Below, one piece after another: positions 9,953 to 19,525 of a DNA stretch of 64,000 nt. A program made the translations under genes and the position numbers. The first letter of the stretch is position 1; every line of letters begins with the position of its first letter. The stretch comes from a virus (lineage: Duplodnaviria; Caudoviricetes), in the IMG/VR virus record IMGVR_UViG_3300025715_000009, positions 256,001 to 320,000 of that record. The stretch is one strand, 5' to 3'. The notes beneath the pieces were generated by a model. That model worked only from the letters and a program-made list of their open reading frames with translations, had not been told where the DNA came from and made no database searches.

Positions 9953-10284
9953 AAGCATATAGATTATTAATAGTTCAAATATTTAATTTTAATATAAGAG
10001 AATGGTTTGATGATTTCAAAGAATTAATACCAGTATCTACAGAAGAAAATTTAGAAATTATTAAAGATTTAAAAAAAGCATTTTATAGACGCGTAGCAAT
10101 AGGTGAACCATTTGTTGTTGGTAAGTATATGCCAGATAGAAATTTATATTTAATATGTTCAAGTAGTTATTTAATGCTTAGTAATATATGTTATCTTGAA
10201 ATACTCCAAACTGAAACAGGGAGAGTGTTTAATTTACAAGATAAACTAAACGGTCAAATAATACAGGGTAGAATAGAATATTGA
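9949..10284 (+). CDS. hypothetical protein, paralog of 10398-10742
   Basis: MKAYR...AFYRR...YLICS...VFNL.DK. Confidence 0.75.
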   Translation: MKAYRLLIVQIFNFNIREWFDDFKELIPVSTEENLEIIKDLKKAFYRRVAIGEPFVVGKYMPDRNLYLICSSSYLMLSNICYLEILQTETGRVFNLQDKLNGQIIQGRIEY

Positions 10285-10308
10285 AAAAAGTGAAGAGGTG
10301 TTTACTAT

Positions 10309-10356
10309 ATGAACAGGGCTGTTCACTACATGAACTCTGGAGTTCACCATGTGAAC
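10309..10356. repeat. 21-bp-period (a/g)tgaac...gttcac repeats
   Basis: atgaacagggctgttcac, atgaactctggagttcac, gtgaac. Confidence 0.6.
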
Positions 10357-10397
10357 GTATAAATATAGAATAAATATATTACTACTATAGAGGATTT

Positions 10398-10742
10398 ATG
10401 AAAGCATATAGAAAATTAATAATTCAAGTATTTAATGAAAACAATTCCATAAAAAAATGGTTAACTGAATTTAAATATTTATATCCAGTTTCTGAACAAG
10501 ATAAATTAAAAATTGCTAAAGAACTTAAACAAGCATTTTATAAGCGTATAAATTTAGGAAGTATATATATACTCGGAAAATATTATGAAGACAGTGTAAT
10601 GTATTTAATTTGTTCTGATAGAAGAATATTGGGTAGCAATATTTGTTTTCTTGAAGTATTTAGAGAAGACGAATATAAGGTATTTAATTTAATAGATAAA
10701 ATAACTGGAGAAATAAGACAAGCAAGAATAATTGGAGAATAA
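10398..10742 (+). CDS. hypothetical protein, paralog of 9949-10284
   Basis: protein similarity plus duplicated upstream DNA. Confidence 0.75.
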   Translation: MKAYRKLIIQVFNENNSIKKWLTEFKYLYPVSEQDKLKIAKELKQAFYKRINLGSIYILGKYYEDSVMYLICSDRRILGSNICFLEVFREDEYKVFNLIDKITGEIRQARIIGE

Positions 10743-11148
10743 AATGTTAGAATATGATATTAAGTATAAATTCGTAGATGAATGGCATAATATATTACAA
10801 AAGACGTTAAATTTAAAAAATTTGAGATTATATGCAATAGAATTAGATGTGTTTACAGACGATGGGAGAAAAAAAGCAGATTTAGTTTATGAAATAGATG
10901 TTGATAAAATTCCAATGAATAATCCGATGTTTGTATTAGAATTAAAGAAAGATAAAATAGATGTTGGTGTTTGTGAACAAGTAAAAAGATATTCACATTT
11001 TATTGAGAGACAATTATATAGAAGAAAACCAGTTCAATGTATTATAGCAGGACCTAATTTTTCTAATTGGGAGTTAGATACTTGCAAAGAACAAAAAGTT
11101 CATGCCTTGCAATATGATCTGTCTGGTAATATGAGGTTAGTAATTTAA
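10732..11148 (+). CDS. NucS-like PD-(D/E)XK endonuclease domain
   Basis: KADLV...VLELKK...QVKRY...IIAGP. Confidence 0.65.
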   Translation: MENKMLEYDIKYKFVDEWHNILQKTLNLKNLRLYAIELDVFTDDGRKKADLVYEIDVDKIPMNNPMFVLELKKDKIDVGVCEQVKRYSHFIERQLYRRKPVQCIIAGPNFSNWELDTCKEQKVHALQYDLSGNMRLVI

Positions 11149-11456
11149 TGAAATATGCAATAGTTATACATGAAGGAGCAAATCACTCTACATATCATCA
11201 AGGTTTAGATGATAATACACATATTTCAAAAAGAATAAAAAAAATAATTAAAGAACTTCTTCCAGATATAAGTAAAACATATAGAATTGAAAACAATAGA
11301 GTGTGTAAAATAATTGATGAATTTAAACAAAATTATATACATTATATTTGTGTTGACTTATTAAATGGAAATTCAGGTATAATAGGTGATGGTGCTTTAT
11401 TATTTTATGATGAGAATAATAAAAAAAGATTTTTTGATAGGATATTTAATAAATGA
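11148..11456 (+). CDS. tandem paralog 1 (FFDRIF terminus)
   Basis: three similar coupled ORFs. Confidence 0.8.
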   Translation: MKYAIVIHEGANHSTYHQGLDDNTHISKRIKKIIKELLPDISKTYRIENNRVCKIIDEFKQNYIHYICVDLLNGNSGIIGDGALLFYDENNKKRFFDRIFNK

Positions 11457-11761
11457 AATATGCAATAGTTATAGATGAAGAGGAAAACCACCCAGCTTAT
11501 CATCATAAGATTGATAATAATATGCACGTGTCACAAGAAATGAAAAAACTTATAAAGCAACTTTTTCCAGATATAAGCAAAACATATAGAATTGAAAGCA
11601 ATAGAGTGTGTAAAATAATTAGTGAATTTAAACATAATTATATACATTATGTCTGTGTTGATTTATTGAATGATAATCCTGGAATACTAGATGCTCAAGG
11701 ATTATTATTTTATAATGAAGATAATAAAAAACTATTCTTTGATAAGGTGTTTAATAAATGA
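11453..11761 (+). CDS. tandem paralog 2
   Basis: high similarity to 11148-11456. Confidence 0.8.
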   Translation: MKYAIVIDEEENHPAYHHKIDNNMHVSQEMKKLIKQLFPDISKTYRIESNRVCKIISEFKHNYIHYVCVDLLNDNPGILDAQGLLFYNEDNKKLFFDKVFNK

Positions 11762-12084
11762 AATATGTAATAGTTATAGATGATGGACAATGCCATCCTG
11801 CTTATCATAAAATAGATAAAAGTCTACTTCCACAAGATATGGTAAAATTAATAGATAAATATTTAGATCAGAACAAACTATATGAAATACATTATAATAA
11901 TATATGTCAAGTTTTGGGAGAGGTCGATGTTGATTCACGCTTTATGGAATCGTCTATTAAAAAACTTTATTTTTGCAAGAGTATTATAAATGATGAAATT
12001 GGTTTTATTAATAATAATGGTGTGTTAATTTATGGTGAAAATAATAATAAAAAAAGATTTTTTGATAAGGTATTTAATAGATGA
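11758..12084 (+). CDS. tandem paralog 3
   Basis: MKYVIVID..HPAYH...NKKRFFDKVF. Confidence 0.8.
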   Translation: MKYVIVIDDGQCHPAYHKIDKSLLPQDMVKLIDKYLDQNKLYEIHYNNICQVLGEVDVDSRFMESSIKKLYFCKSIINDEIGFINNNGVLIYGENNNKKRFFDKVFNR

Positions 12085-12704
12085 AAAAAGCAAATGTAAT
12101 TACGATAGGAGATTTTACATCTTATACTGTTGAAGATTATAAAGAAATGTGGTCATATCAAGATGAGATTGATTATTATTCATTGTTTTTTTCTATATTT
12201 AATAGACATGATTTTATAAAAAGATTAGATAGATTTTTACAACAGATAGACCATAATGACTATGATCAATATAAAGAATTTATTTTGTATTATATAGATT
12301 ATAAACCAGATATGGTGCATGAATATTCAAATATAGAAGAATGTATTAAAGCAATAGAAACACAAATATCAGATATTGAATATGAAATAAAAAATTTAGA
12401 AGAAGAAAAAAAACAAGCAGAAAATGAATATGAAAAAATAGCCGATGATGTTCGTGAACAAACAGGCAATTATATTAATATACAAAATACTCAATCAACA
12501 TCTAAGATTAGAGTAGCAATTCCTACACCAAAAGATGATTATGATCTTGATGATCAAATAGATGATCTGGAGAGGTGGTCAAGAGAATATTGGGAGAAAG
12601 ATGAAGAAATTGGAAGACAGGAAGAATATTTACAAATGGCTAAAGATAATTTAAATACAGCAACAAATCAACTAAATACATTAGGAGATATGATGTATGA
12701 CTAA
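12081..12704 (+). CDS. acidic coiled-coil hypothetical protein
   Basis: ORF, coupled. Confidence 0.75.
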   Translation: MKKANVITIGDFTSYTVEDYKEMWSYQDEIDYYSLFFSIFNRHDFIKRLDRFLQQIDHNDYDQYKEFILYYIDYKPDMVHEYSNIEECIKAIETQISDIEYEIKNLEEEKKQAENEYEKIADDVREQTGNYINIQNTQSTSKIRVAIPTPKDDYDLDDQIDDLERWSREYWEKDEEIGRQEEYLQMAKDNLNTATNQLNTLGDMMYD

Positions 12705-13116
12705 TTTTAGAAGAATAGAAGAAAAATCTTATCAACATGATGCTATAAAAAATGCTTTTATTCCAGGATATGGTAGAAAACTTTTAATGAATATTGCCGA
12801 TAGATATCAGCAACTATATGATCATCATTTATTGTTGCGTGATGTTAAAATTAAAGATTATCCACAATGGACAACATTGGGCCCATCACATGAATTAAAT
12901 CTTGGCATACTACCAAAATACTCTCTTAATATTAAGATGGCTCGTGGTGGGTGGTATATGAATTTGAATAAAAGTAATGGCGATTATATAAGCATTGAAG
13001 ATAGAAAAAAAATATTTGATAATCCAAATAATGATAGTATGTTTACAACTGAGACCAGATATGTTGCTGATATGATTGGTGAATTAAGACAGTGGATTAT
13101 CGATCTTTCTCTTTAA
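12697..13116 (+). CDS. hypothetical protein
   Basis: ORF, coupled. Confidence 0.7.
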   Translation: MTNFRRIEEKSYQHDAIKNAFIPGYGRKLLMNIADRYQQLYDHHLLLRDVKIKDYPQWTTLGPSHELNLGILPKYSLNIKMARGGWYMNLNKSNGDYISIEDRKKIFDNPNNDSMFTTETRYVADMIGELRQWIIDLSL

Positions 13117-13519
13117 AATCAATGCAGGACTTCTTGACTCTTTTTAACATTATCTTGTAATATTTACAAAACATTCCTGATTTATGTTTTCCAAAATAAG
13201 CACAATACTCACAACCATCATATTTAGGCGAATTAGAAGTTATATGGATTTGTTTTGGTGATAAATCTATATCAATATCATTAATAATATCATATTTTAT
13301 ATTAATTTGATTTCTAAAAATATGTTTCTCTTTGAATTTGATATTTACGCCATCTCCATAATAAATATGACCAAGAAAGTCATCTATTGTTCTACCAATT
13401 AAATATTTATCATATATGAAATATCTCAAGTTAGATGGTTTATTTGGGATTATGCGTATAGTTTGATAGAGAAGATTGCCTTCTCTTTTGCCTTCATATT
13501 TAATATCTGCACTGACCAT
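13097..13519 (-). CDS. hypothetical protein with C-terminal Cys cluster
   Basis: CEYC..C..C. Confidence 0.7.
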   Translation of the reverse strand: MVSADIKYEGKREGNLLYQTIRIIPNKPSNLRYFIYDKYLIGRTIDDFLGHIYYGDGVNIKFKEKHIFRNQINIKYDIINDIDIDLSPKQIHITSNSPKYDGCEYCAYFGKHKSGMFCKYYKIMLKRVKKSCIDFKEKDR

Positions 13520-13569
13520 ATACTAATATATGTCAAAAATCTTATCAAATATCTCTTTTTTCTGAAAAT

Positions 13570-13800
13570 TTAATTAAAATGACCTTTCATTCTCTTATGT
13601 AAAACGGCCCACTTATATGCTTCTGCTCTTTTGCCTTTTAATCCTTTCTTTTTGGCTTGTTTTTCTAATTGGTTTGTAAATCCTTGTCTATCAAGTTTGG
13701 TTAGATATGTATCAACTTTTTTTTCAGTAGCATCACCGCCTGCTGCTGATGCTAATCTTTCATGGCCTAATTTTTCATTTAAAGCATCATCAAATGTCAT
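13570..13800 (-). CDS. small basic protein with CTS-like N-terminus
   Basis: MTFDDALNE; SD GGAGGG. Confidence 0.7.
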   Translation of the reverse strand: MTFDDALNEKLGHERLASAAGGDATEKKVDTYLTKLDRQGFTNQLEKQAKKKGLKGKRAEAYKWAVLHKRMKGHFN

Positions 13801-14081
13801 ATCCCCTCCTTTAAGATATACTTCATTGCTTCACGTCTTTTATATTCTGAAATTAAATTTAAATCTCCAAGTTCTATTATTTCATTATTAAAAATATTAT
13901 CTCGATAAGAGTATCCACTTATCATATCTTTTATTGTGTTGTCTAATTTTATTCTTGCCGCATGAAAATATAAAGTATCAGCAATTTTCAAATAAATATG
14001 ACCAATCAAACCCATTTTTTGTGGATCTCTATATTTAGATATAATAACTTGACCAATCTTAACCTTGTCTAATTTCATCAT
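13797..14081 (-). CDS. small hypothetical protein
   Basis: ORF, coupled. Confidence 0.65.
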   Translation of the reverse strand: MMKLDKVKIGQVIISKYRDPQKMGLIGHIYLKIADTLYFHAARIKLDNTIKDMISGYSYRDNIFNNEIIELGDLNLISEYKRREAMKYILKEGI

Positions 14082-14200
14082 CTTCTAATAATAATTCTTG
14101 ATCATATTTAGAGAATAGTTGAACTATTGTTTCTAAACATAATTGTTGGTTTTTTAATATCTCTTTTAACTCTCTTATCTCATCTATAATCTCTTCACAT

Positions 14201-14770
14201 TTATCCATTTTTTATCTCCTCTATTCCACTTAATACTCTTAAATTATATTTTTCTTGTTCTGTCAAAGATGAAATGTCTGCTTCTTTGTTTCCTCTTTCA
14301 TCTACTTTAATTCCAATATTTAATTTATTATCAATTCCACCCATTGGATATTGTGTTTCTATTACTTGACCAGTATAATCTTGTAATGGCATTTCTACTG
14401 GAGTTGAAAAAGATGTGGTTTGTTTTGGTTGTGGACTATTATAACGAGGTTGTTCATCTAAATATAGATTAATAGCAGATCTAATTGATTCAAATACTTT
14501 TCTTCTTTCATTAGAAGATTCAAAATTAGATTTTACTGTCTTAATTATTACACTGGCAAAATCCAATGCTGTCTCAACAAAATCTTCATCTAATGGTTCT
14601 ACTTCTTGTTTAGGTTCAATTTTTTGTTGTCTTGGTTGAGGCATCTCAATCTTCTTTTCTTCTTTTACTTGTTTTACTCCAGGGATTTCTCTTGCCTTGC
14701 TTTCTCTATTTAATCTTGAGACAGTATCTCTGCCTAGCTCCGCAAGGAAATCGTTGAGACCGAGTTCCAT
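14201..14770 (-). CDS. hypothetical protein
   Basis: ORF with SD. Confidence 0.75.
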   Translation of the reverse strand: MELGLNDFLAELGRDTVSRLNRESKAREIPGVKQVKEEKKIEMPQPRQQKIEPKQEVEPLDEDFVETALDFASVIIKTVKSNFESSNERRKVFESIRSAINLYLDEQPRYNSPQPKQTTSFSTPVEMPLQDYTGQVIETQYPMGGIDNKLNIGIKVDERGNKEADISSLTEQEKYNLRVLSGIEEIKNG

Positions 14771-14774
14771 ATAT

Positions 14775-15347
14775 TTACTCCTTTAACCATTTTTCTAATA
14801 TGGTCTTTTCTACTATTTTTGTTCCAGTTATACCCTCAAGAACAATCTTTTCTCCATTAATTTGTTTTATTTTATATGATTCTTGTTGTGGTGTAATAAC
14901 TTCTTGACCAATTACTACTGTTGTTTTTTCTTGTTCTGGTTCTTGTGGCTTTTGTTCTCCAAACCAAATTGAATGTAATTTATTAACAATTGCTTTAACC
15001 GTTGGTTCCAAATTTGATATCATAAGTGCCTTAATATCAGCATCTACATCTTCACCAGGTCTTACTGCTTGAGAATCACAAATCTTATATAAGTGATCTT
15101 GTAATACTCTAACCAATTGTTGTGATTTTTTTACCTTAGGATCAACATTTTTATATGGGTCTTCTGGCATTGGTGGCTGTGCTGCAATTGCCATATCAAA
15201 CTCTCTTAATACACTTTCTACTAATTTTTTTGCTTTATATTCCATATAATAATTCTCCTCAATATTGGGTTGGTTTGTTTCATCCATTTCAGAAATCAAT
15301 TCATCTTGGATTTGGCCTTCAATAATATATTTTTTTAATTCATCCAT
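14775..15347 (-). CDS. hypothetical protein
   Basis: start placed at MDELKK after GAGG. Confidence 0.7.
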   Translation of the reverse strand: MDELKKYIIEGQIQDELISEMDETNQPNIEENYYMEYKAKKLVESVLREFDMAIAAQPPMPEDPYKNVDPKVKKSQQLVRVLQDHLYKICDSQAVRPGEDVDADIKALMISNLEPTVKAIVNKLHSIWFGEQKPQEPEQEKTTVVIGQEVITPQQESYKIKQINGEKIVLEGITGTKIVEKTILEKWLKE

Positions 15348-15383
15348 AATATACCTCTTTTTTATCTTAATCAATTTTAAGAA

Positions 15384-15761
15384 TTAATGATTGAAAATTG
15401 ATTCAAAAACTAAAATATAAAAATTTTTATTATCAATAATAAATTTGTTATTAACAAGAAAATTTATAAATATAGTTGGAATTATTGTTTTAGACAAAGT
15501 TTTTACAATGTCTAAATTTGATAAAACATATGATTCTAATTTATTACAAATAGAAAGAACATTATATCTATTAAAATCTTTTATTATTCCTTTATCTTTT
15601 ATTAAAAAAGATTCTGCTTTGTCTGAACCAAAAATTTTTAAATATAATTTATTATCAAATGTGGCTAATGACATTTCACCAGAATAGCCACCCATATATG
15701 GACCAACCATTATATGCATGTATGATCTTGTTCCATCTCTATATTCAAATAAATTTCTCAT
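15384..15761 (-). CDS. hypothetical protein (VFESIF terminus)
   Basis: ORF; AAGATAA immediately upstream. Confidence 0.7.
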   Translation of the reverse strand: MRNLFEYRDGTRSYMHIMVGPYMGGYSGEMSLATFDNKLYLKIFGSDKAESFLIKDKGIIKDFNRYNVLSICNKLESYVLSNLDIVKTLSKTIIPTIFINFLVNNKFIIDNKNFYILVFESIFNH

Positions 15762-15838
15762 AAGGTTATCTTAATAAAAAAAAGGCTCACAATACAACGT
15801 ATTGTGAGCAAATGCGAATGGAGGATATACTTTAAGAA

Positions 15839-16123
15839 TTACTCGTTCAACTTTGTAGGAGGAGTAAAAGTAATTCTCGCGGCGATCTTGTCTGCAATCA
15901 ACACATCTTCTTCAGACCAATCACCTTTTTCTTTGGCCTCTACGAATTTAAAAATCTTATTTAAATCTCTGACTTTGATGCCAGTTTTTTTACTAATTTC
16001 CTTTTTTTCTTCTCCAACATCTTCTGCAATTGATCTGGCCTCCTCTTTTAGATTCTTGATTCTGTCCCACCCTTTGCGAATGTCATCAATTGCTTCTTCA
16101 TTAATCATATCAAAGTTTGCCAT
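15839..16123 (-). CDS. T4 DsbA/GapR-like dsDNA-binding protein
   Basis: RIKNLKEE...IAED....K...G...LNK pattern; 94 aa. Confidence 0.55.
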   Translation of the reverse strand: MANFDMINEEAIDDIRKGWDRIKNLKEEARSIAEDVGEEKKEISKKTGIKVRDLNKIFKFVEAKEKGDWSEEDVLIADKIAARITFTPPTKLNE

Positions 16124-16142
16124 ATTTACTCCTTATATATAA

Positions 16143-16517
16143 TTATGCTTCTATTTTTTCTTTTTCTAACAATCTCTTGGCAATTGTGGCTATAATATTA
16201 ATAGTCACTTTTTCATCACCATCTCCCATTTCTCCTAAAATAATATCTTCACCTTCTGGGGTTCTACATTTTATTTTACCCTCCTCAACATAAATAACTC
16301 CAAGGGCATTTGGTAGTTTTGGATAAAAATCACCACTTGCTTCAGGCCAAGTGGAATCTATTTTCCACGTTGTAGTAGATGGTGAATTATATATTTGTGA
16401 TTTATCAATCCAAATGTTATCACCTGTTGTGATTGTATATATTGCTTGTGGACCTGCAGATGTATTGCTATAATCACCTACAACATTAGATGATATATTT
16501 GTTATGGAATATTTCAT
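16143..16517 (-). CDS. hypothetical protein
   Basis: ORF with SD GGAGG. Confidence 0.7.
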   Translation of the reverse strand: MKYSITNISSNVVGDYSNTSAGPQAIYTITTGDNIWIDKSQIYNSPSTTTWKIDSTWPEASGDFYPKLPNALGVIYVEEGKIKCRTPEGEDIILGEMGDGDEKVTINIIATIAKRLLEKEKIEA

Positions 16518-16529
16518 TTTTACCTCCTA

Positions 16530-16742
16530 TCATTGAGATAATGCTTTTTTTGCAATATCTGCAATAATTTCTGTTTTTATATCAATAGATTTTCTATGTT
16601 TACAAAATAAACACTCTACATTACAGTTTATATATTCTGTTTGTATTATTACTTTATGTAAATTGTCCCATGTAGAATAATTTTCTTGTATACTATTTTG
16701 TTTATACAAAGGACAATCTGTTTCATTACATATATTAATCAT
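16530..16742 (-). CDS. small Cys protein, paralog of 16735-17016
   Basis: MINxCNExDCPL...CxxCK. Confidence 0.7.
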   Translation of the reverse strand: MINICNETDCPLYKQNSIQENYSTWDNLHKVIIQTEYINCNVECLFCKHRKSIDIKTEIIADIAKKALSQ

Positions 16743-17016
16743 CTTGATTTAATAGTGCATTTTTTGCTAATGATACTATTATCTCACTTTTCATGTCTAA
16801 TTTTTGAAAATATTTACATGATAAACAATATTTTGGTGTTGAAGCTGTTAATTCATTTTTGATAATTAAAAGATTTGTTATTTTATTCAAAGATTGTATA
16901 TTAGCAACATTATTTTCTAATAGTTTTAATTTAGCATCTATGGACTGTAAAGCTTTTTTCTTATTTTCATTGTCTTTATGAAGAGGACAGTCTATTTCAT
17001 TACAACAGTTTATCAT
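16735..17016 (-). CDS. small Cys protein, paralog of 16530-16742
   Basis: same motifs. Confidence 0.7.
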   Translation of the reverse strand: MINCCNEIDCPLHKDNENKKKALQSIDAKLKLLENNVANIQSLNKITNLLIIKNELTASTPKYCLSCKYFQKLDMKSEIIVSLAKNALLNQDD

Positions 17017-17645
17017 TTTACTAATGCAAGAATATTGTGAAGTGTTATTTCTGGATTTGGATCAACATTAACAACTTGCAATTCTCCTTGTTGAATTAAG
17101 AAATCATAACCAGCCTTTACTCTTTCTTTAAATAGAAAAGTTTCTGTCTCAAATAGATCTTGAGCATTGTCTTGAGTTGAATTAATTAATTCTTGTGGTC
17201 TTTGAAGAAAGAAAGCATAGTGTGGTTTTACATTATGTGAAGCAACTTTATTCATCCAAAAAGCAAAATCAACTGACAAATCATATTTTTTTAATAGTTC
17301 TTTACCATAAAATTGATATGCAATTGTGCTATACCAATATCTATCGCAAATCACCGCCTTACCTTCTTGTAAAGCAGGTATAATTACTTTAGAAGTATGT
17401 TCTGATCTATCCAATAAAAAGGCAAAAAGATTAGATAACGGATCAAGATCATATTTTTTTGTTTTACACATATCACTTAGCATTGAATTAAATGGAGCAT
17501 CATTATCACCTGGTTGAAATGTATATATTGCCGGGATATTTACTTCATTTAATTTTTTTACTAATAGTTTAGCAACCGTGCTTTTACCAGAATGATCTTG
17601 ACTATCTAAGACAAGTAATTTATTCCTACATTTCTCTAAATCCAT
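17013..17645 (-). CDS. tmk: thymidylate kinase
   Basis: P-loop DHSGKST, LFAFLLDRSEH, VICDRYWYSTIAYQ. Confidence 0.9.
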   Translation of the reverse strand: MDLEKCRNKLLVLDSQDHSGKSTVAKLLVKKLNEVNIPAIYTFQPGDNDAPFNSMLSDMCKTKKYDLDPLSNLFAFLLDRSEHTSKVIIPALQEGKAVICDRYWYSTIAYQFYGKELLKKYDLSVDFAFWMNKVASHNVKPHYAFFLQRPQELINSTQDNAQDLFETETFLFKERVKAGYDFLIQQGELQVVNVDPNPEITLHNILALVK

Positions 17646-17648
17646 TAT

Positions 17649-18134
17649 TTACTCCGATTTATTTGGGTTGTCCAAGAAATCTTGCAATTTTTTAGGGTCT
17701 TTCAACATCTCTATATATGCTTCTTCGCCTACCAACGGAATGATATAAACACCCCAAGTAGTGCAATATTTTTCATTTGTTCGAATTACTTTTATTCCTG
17801 CCTGCTCATACCAATTATTTATGACAGGACACCAAGAATCTGAATATAATAATCCAGAGTTAGGTTCTGCTTTTAATGACATTGAACCAGTGCAAGCAGG
17901 GCAACTTTTTGTAGGGAATTTACCTTCATCATCTTGAGATAATTTTACATCACATTCTTTGATCCACTTATCCTTTAAATAACCTTGATAATCAAATAAT
18001 GATCCGCATATAAATGTAGAACCACAAACTTTTCTAAATAGGGCTTGTGAGCATGCAAAAAATGGGCAACCTTTTTCTTTGAACCAATTTTCTTTCCAAG
18101 AGTTGAATTCATCTTCTGTAAAATTTTTTCTCAT
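17649..18134 (-). CDS. Cys-rich hypothetical protein
   Basis: ORF. Confidence 0.65.
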   Translation of the reverse strand: MRKNFTEDEFNSWKENWFKEKGCPFFACSQALFRKVCGSTFICGSLFDYQGYLKDKWIKECDVKLSQDDEGKFPTKSCPACTGSMSLKAEPNSGLLYSDSWCPVINNWYEQAGIKVIRTNEKYCTTWGVYIIPLVGEEAYIEMLKDPKKLQDFLDNPNKSE

Positions 18135-18817
18135 AATTTCCTTTTTAAGAAATCATTAAATGCTTTATTTAATTTGTCCTCATATTCCAATATTTCAGTA
18201 ATATGATTATTAGTAGATTGTGGAATAGATCCAGTTTTTATACGATATATTCCAGCATTATATGATGCAAGACCTAAATATGCATTTTCTGTCTTAGAAA
18301 TACACTCAGCAAGATGTTTTATTCCTGTAGCGGTGTTTTTGTTTATATTAAAAAAATCTGCTTTACTCCATTTATATATTTTGTCATTTAATTGAAATAA
18401 TCCCCAATCTCTTGATCCATTTGTGTTTAATCCACTTTTGGCTGTAGGATTAAACTTGCTTTCTCCCCAAGCAAGAGCAAATGCAAGCATAATAGGGACG
18501 TCCTGTTTCAATGCTTCTGATAAAATAATGGTTGTTATTTGTGTATCATTTGTATATTCATCAAAAAAAGAAATAAATTTCTTTATACCTTTGTTTTGAA
18601 TTATTTCATTTATCTCTAATCTGGTATAATATGTTGATTGAGAAGTAAAAATTGGTTTATATAATTCGAGCAAGATATTATAGGTAGATGTAGTGGGTGA
18701 TTCAGGAACGAATAAGGAAGATGAAAGAAGAGAAAAAACAACAGCTATAAGAAAAAATAAATTATTTCTTCTTTTTTCCACTTTTATCACCAAGCAAAGC
18801 AAGTTGTTCAGCTTCAT
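18131..18817 (-). CDS. membrane-anchored SLT lytic transglycosylase
   Basis: N-terminal TM; ESKFNP, DWGLFQLN, SYNAG. Confidence 0.9.
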   Translation of the reverse strand: MKLNNLLCLVIKVEKRRNNLFFLIAVVFSLLSSSLFVPESPTTSTYNILLELYKPIFTSQSTYYTRLEINEIIQNKGIKKFISFFDEYTNDTQITTIILSEALKQDVPIMLAFALAWGESKFNPTAKSGLNTNGSRDWGLFQLNDKIYKWSKADFFNINKNTATGIKHLAECISKTENAYLGLASYNAGIYRIKTGSIPQSTNNHITEILEYEDKLNKAFNDFLKRKL

Positions 18818-19016
18818 CCATGTTTACAAAATCAATATCACCTTTTTTATTTATAACCATAAATTCTTTATATTCTGAGTTGATTATCTGCACACTATCA
18901 ATTTCACCAGTATCTAAATTTCTATATACTATTGCTTTAGTATATATATATTCGTCATTTTCTTCTGTATTAGAAAATAATACATTTAAGTTATCAAAAA
19001 AATCTTCTCTTTTCAT
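18762..19016 (-). CDS. hypothetical protein
   Basis: ORF coupled to STAS gene. Confidence 0.6.
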   Translation of the reverse strand: MKREDFFDNLNVLFSNTEENDEYIYTKAIVYRNLDTGEIDSVQIINSEYKEFMVINKKGDIDFVNMDEAEQLALLGDKSGKKKK

Positions 19017-19483
19017 TTTATTTCACCTTTTTTATTTATTGATATTACTGTTTTACAAGATGGACATTTAAATCTGCCTGCTTTACGAACTTGGAATTTT
19101 TGTTGACAGGATGAACATTCTATTGTCAAAGGAAACAAATAATTCTTATCGTGGATTTCTTTTATATCAGAAATAAATATGCAAGATTCTTTTAAGCCCA
19201 ATAGATTAAACATTTCTATTATTTTATTATTGGCATTTAAAAAATAGATTTTTTTAAGATTTTGAAATGTAGAATTGACGCTTACTAAAGATGCTATACC
19301 TTGTGATGATATAAATTCTAATTCTTTTAAATCATATATTATTATATCTTCTTTTGTTGCACTTAAAATAAGAGTTATATAAGAAGCAACATCTTGTGCA
19401 TTATATACATCTAATGATCCACGTAATTCAATAAATTTAATACCATCAACAGATTTCTCAGATGAGTTGTGAGTTTTAATCAT
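19013..19483 (-). CDS. STAS anti-sigma-factor antagonist with C-terminal Zn ribbon
   Basis: LRGSLD, DLKELEFISSQGI, CxxC...GRFKCPSC. Confidence 0.85.
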   Translation of the reverse strand: MIKTHNSSEKSVDGIKFIELRGSLDVYNAQDVASYITLILSATKEDIIIYDLKELEFISSQGIASLVSVNSTFQNLKKIYFLNANNKIIEMFNLLGLKESCIFISDIKEIHDKNYLFPLTIECSSCQQKFQVRKAGRFKCPSCKTVISINKKGEIK

Positions 19484-19515
19484 AAAAAACCTCCGTAATT
19501 ATCTTACGGAGGTTT
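19484..19515 (-). terminator. intrinsic terminator
   Basis: AAACCTCCGTAA/TTACGGAGGTTT hairpin plus T run after the VWA gene. Confidence 0.7.
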
Positions 19516-19525
19516 ATCATAAAAG

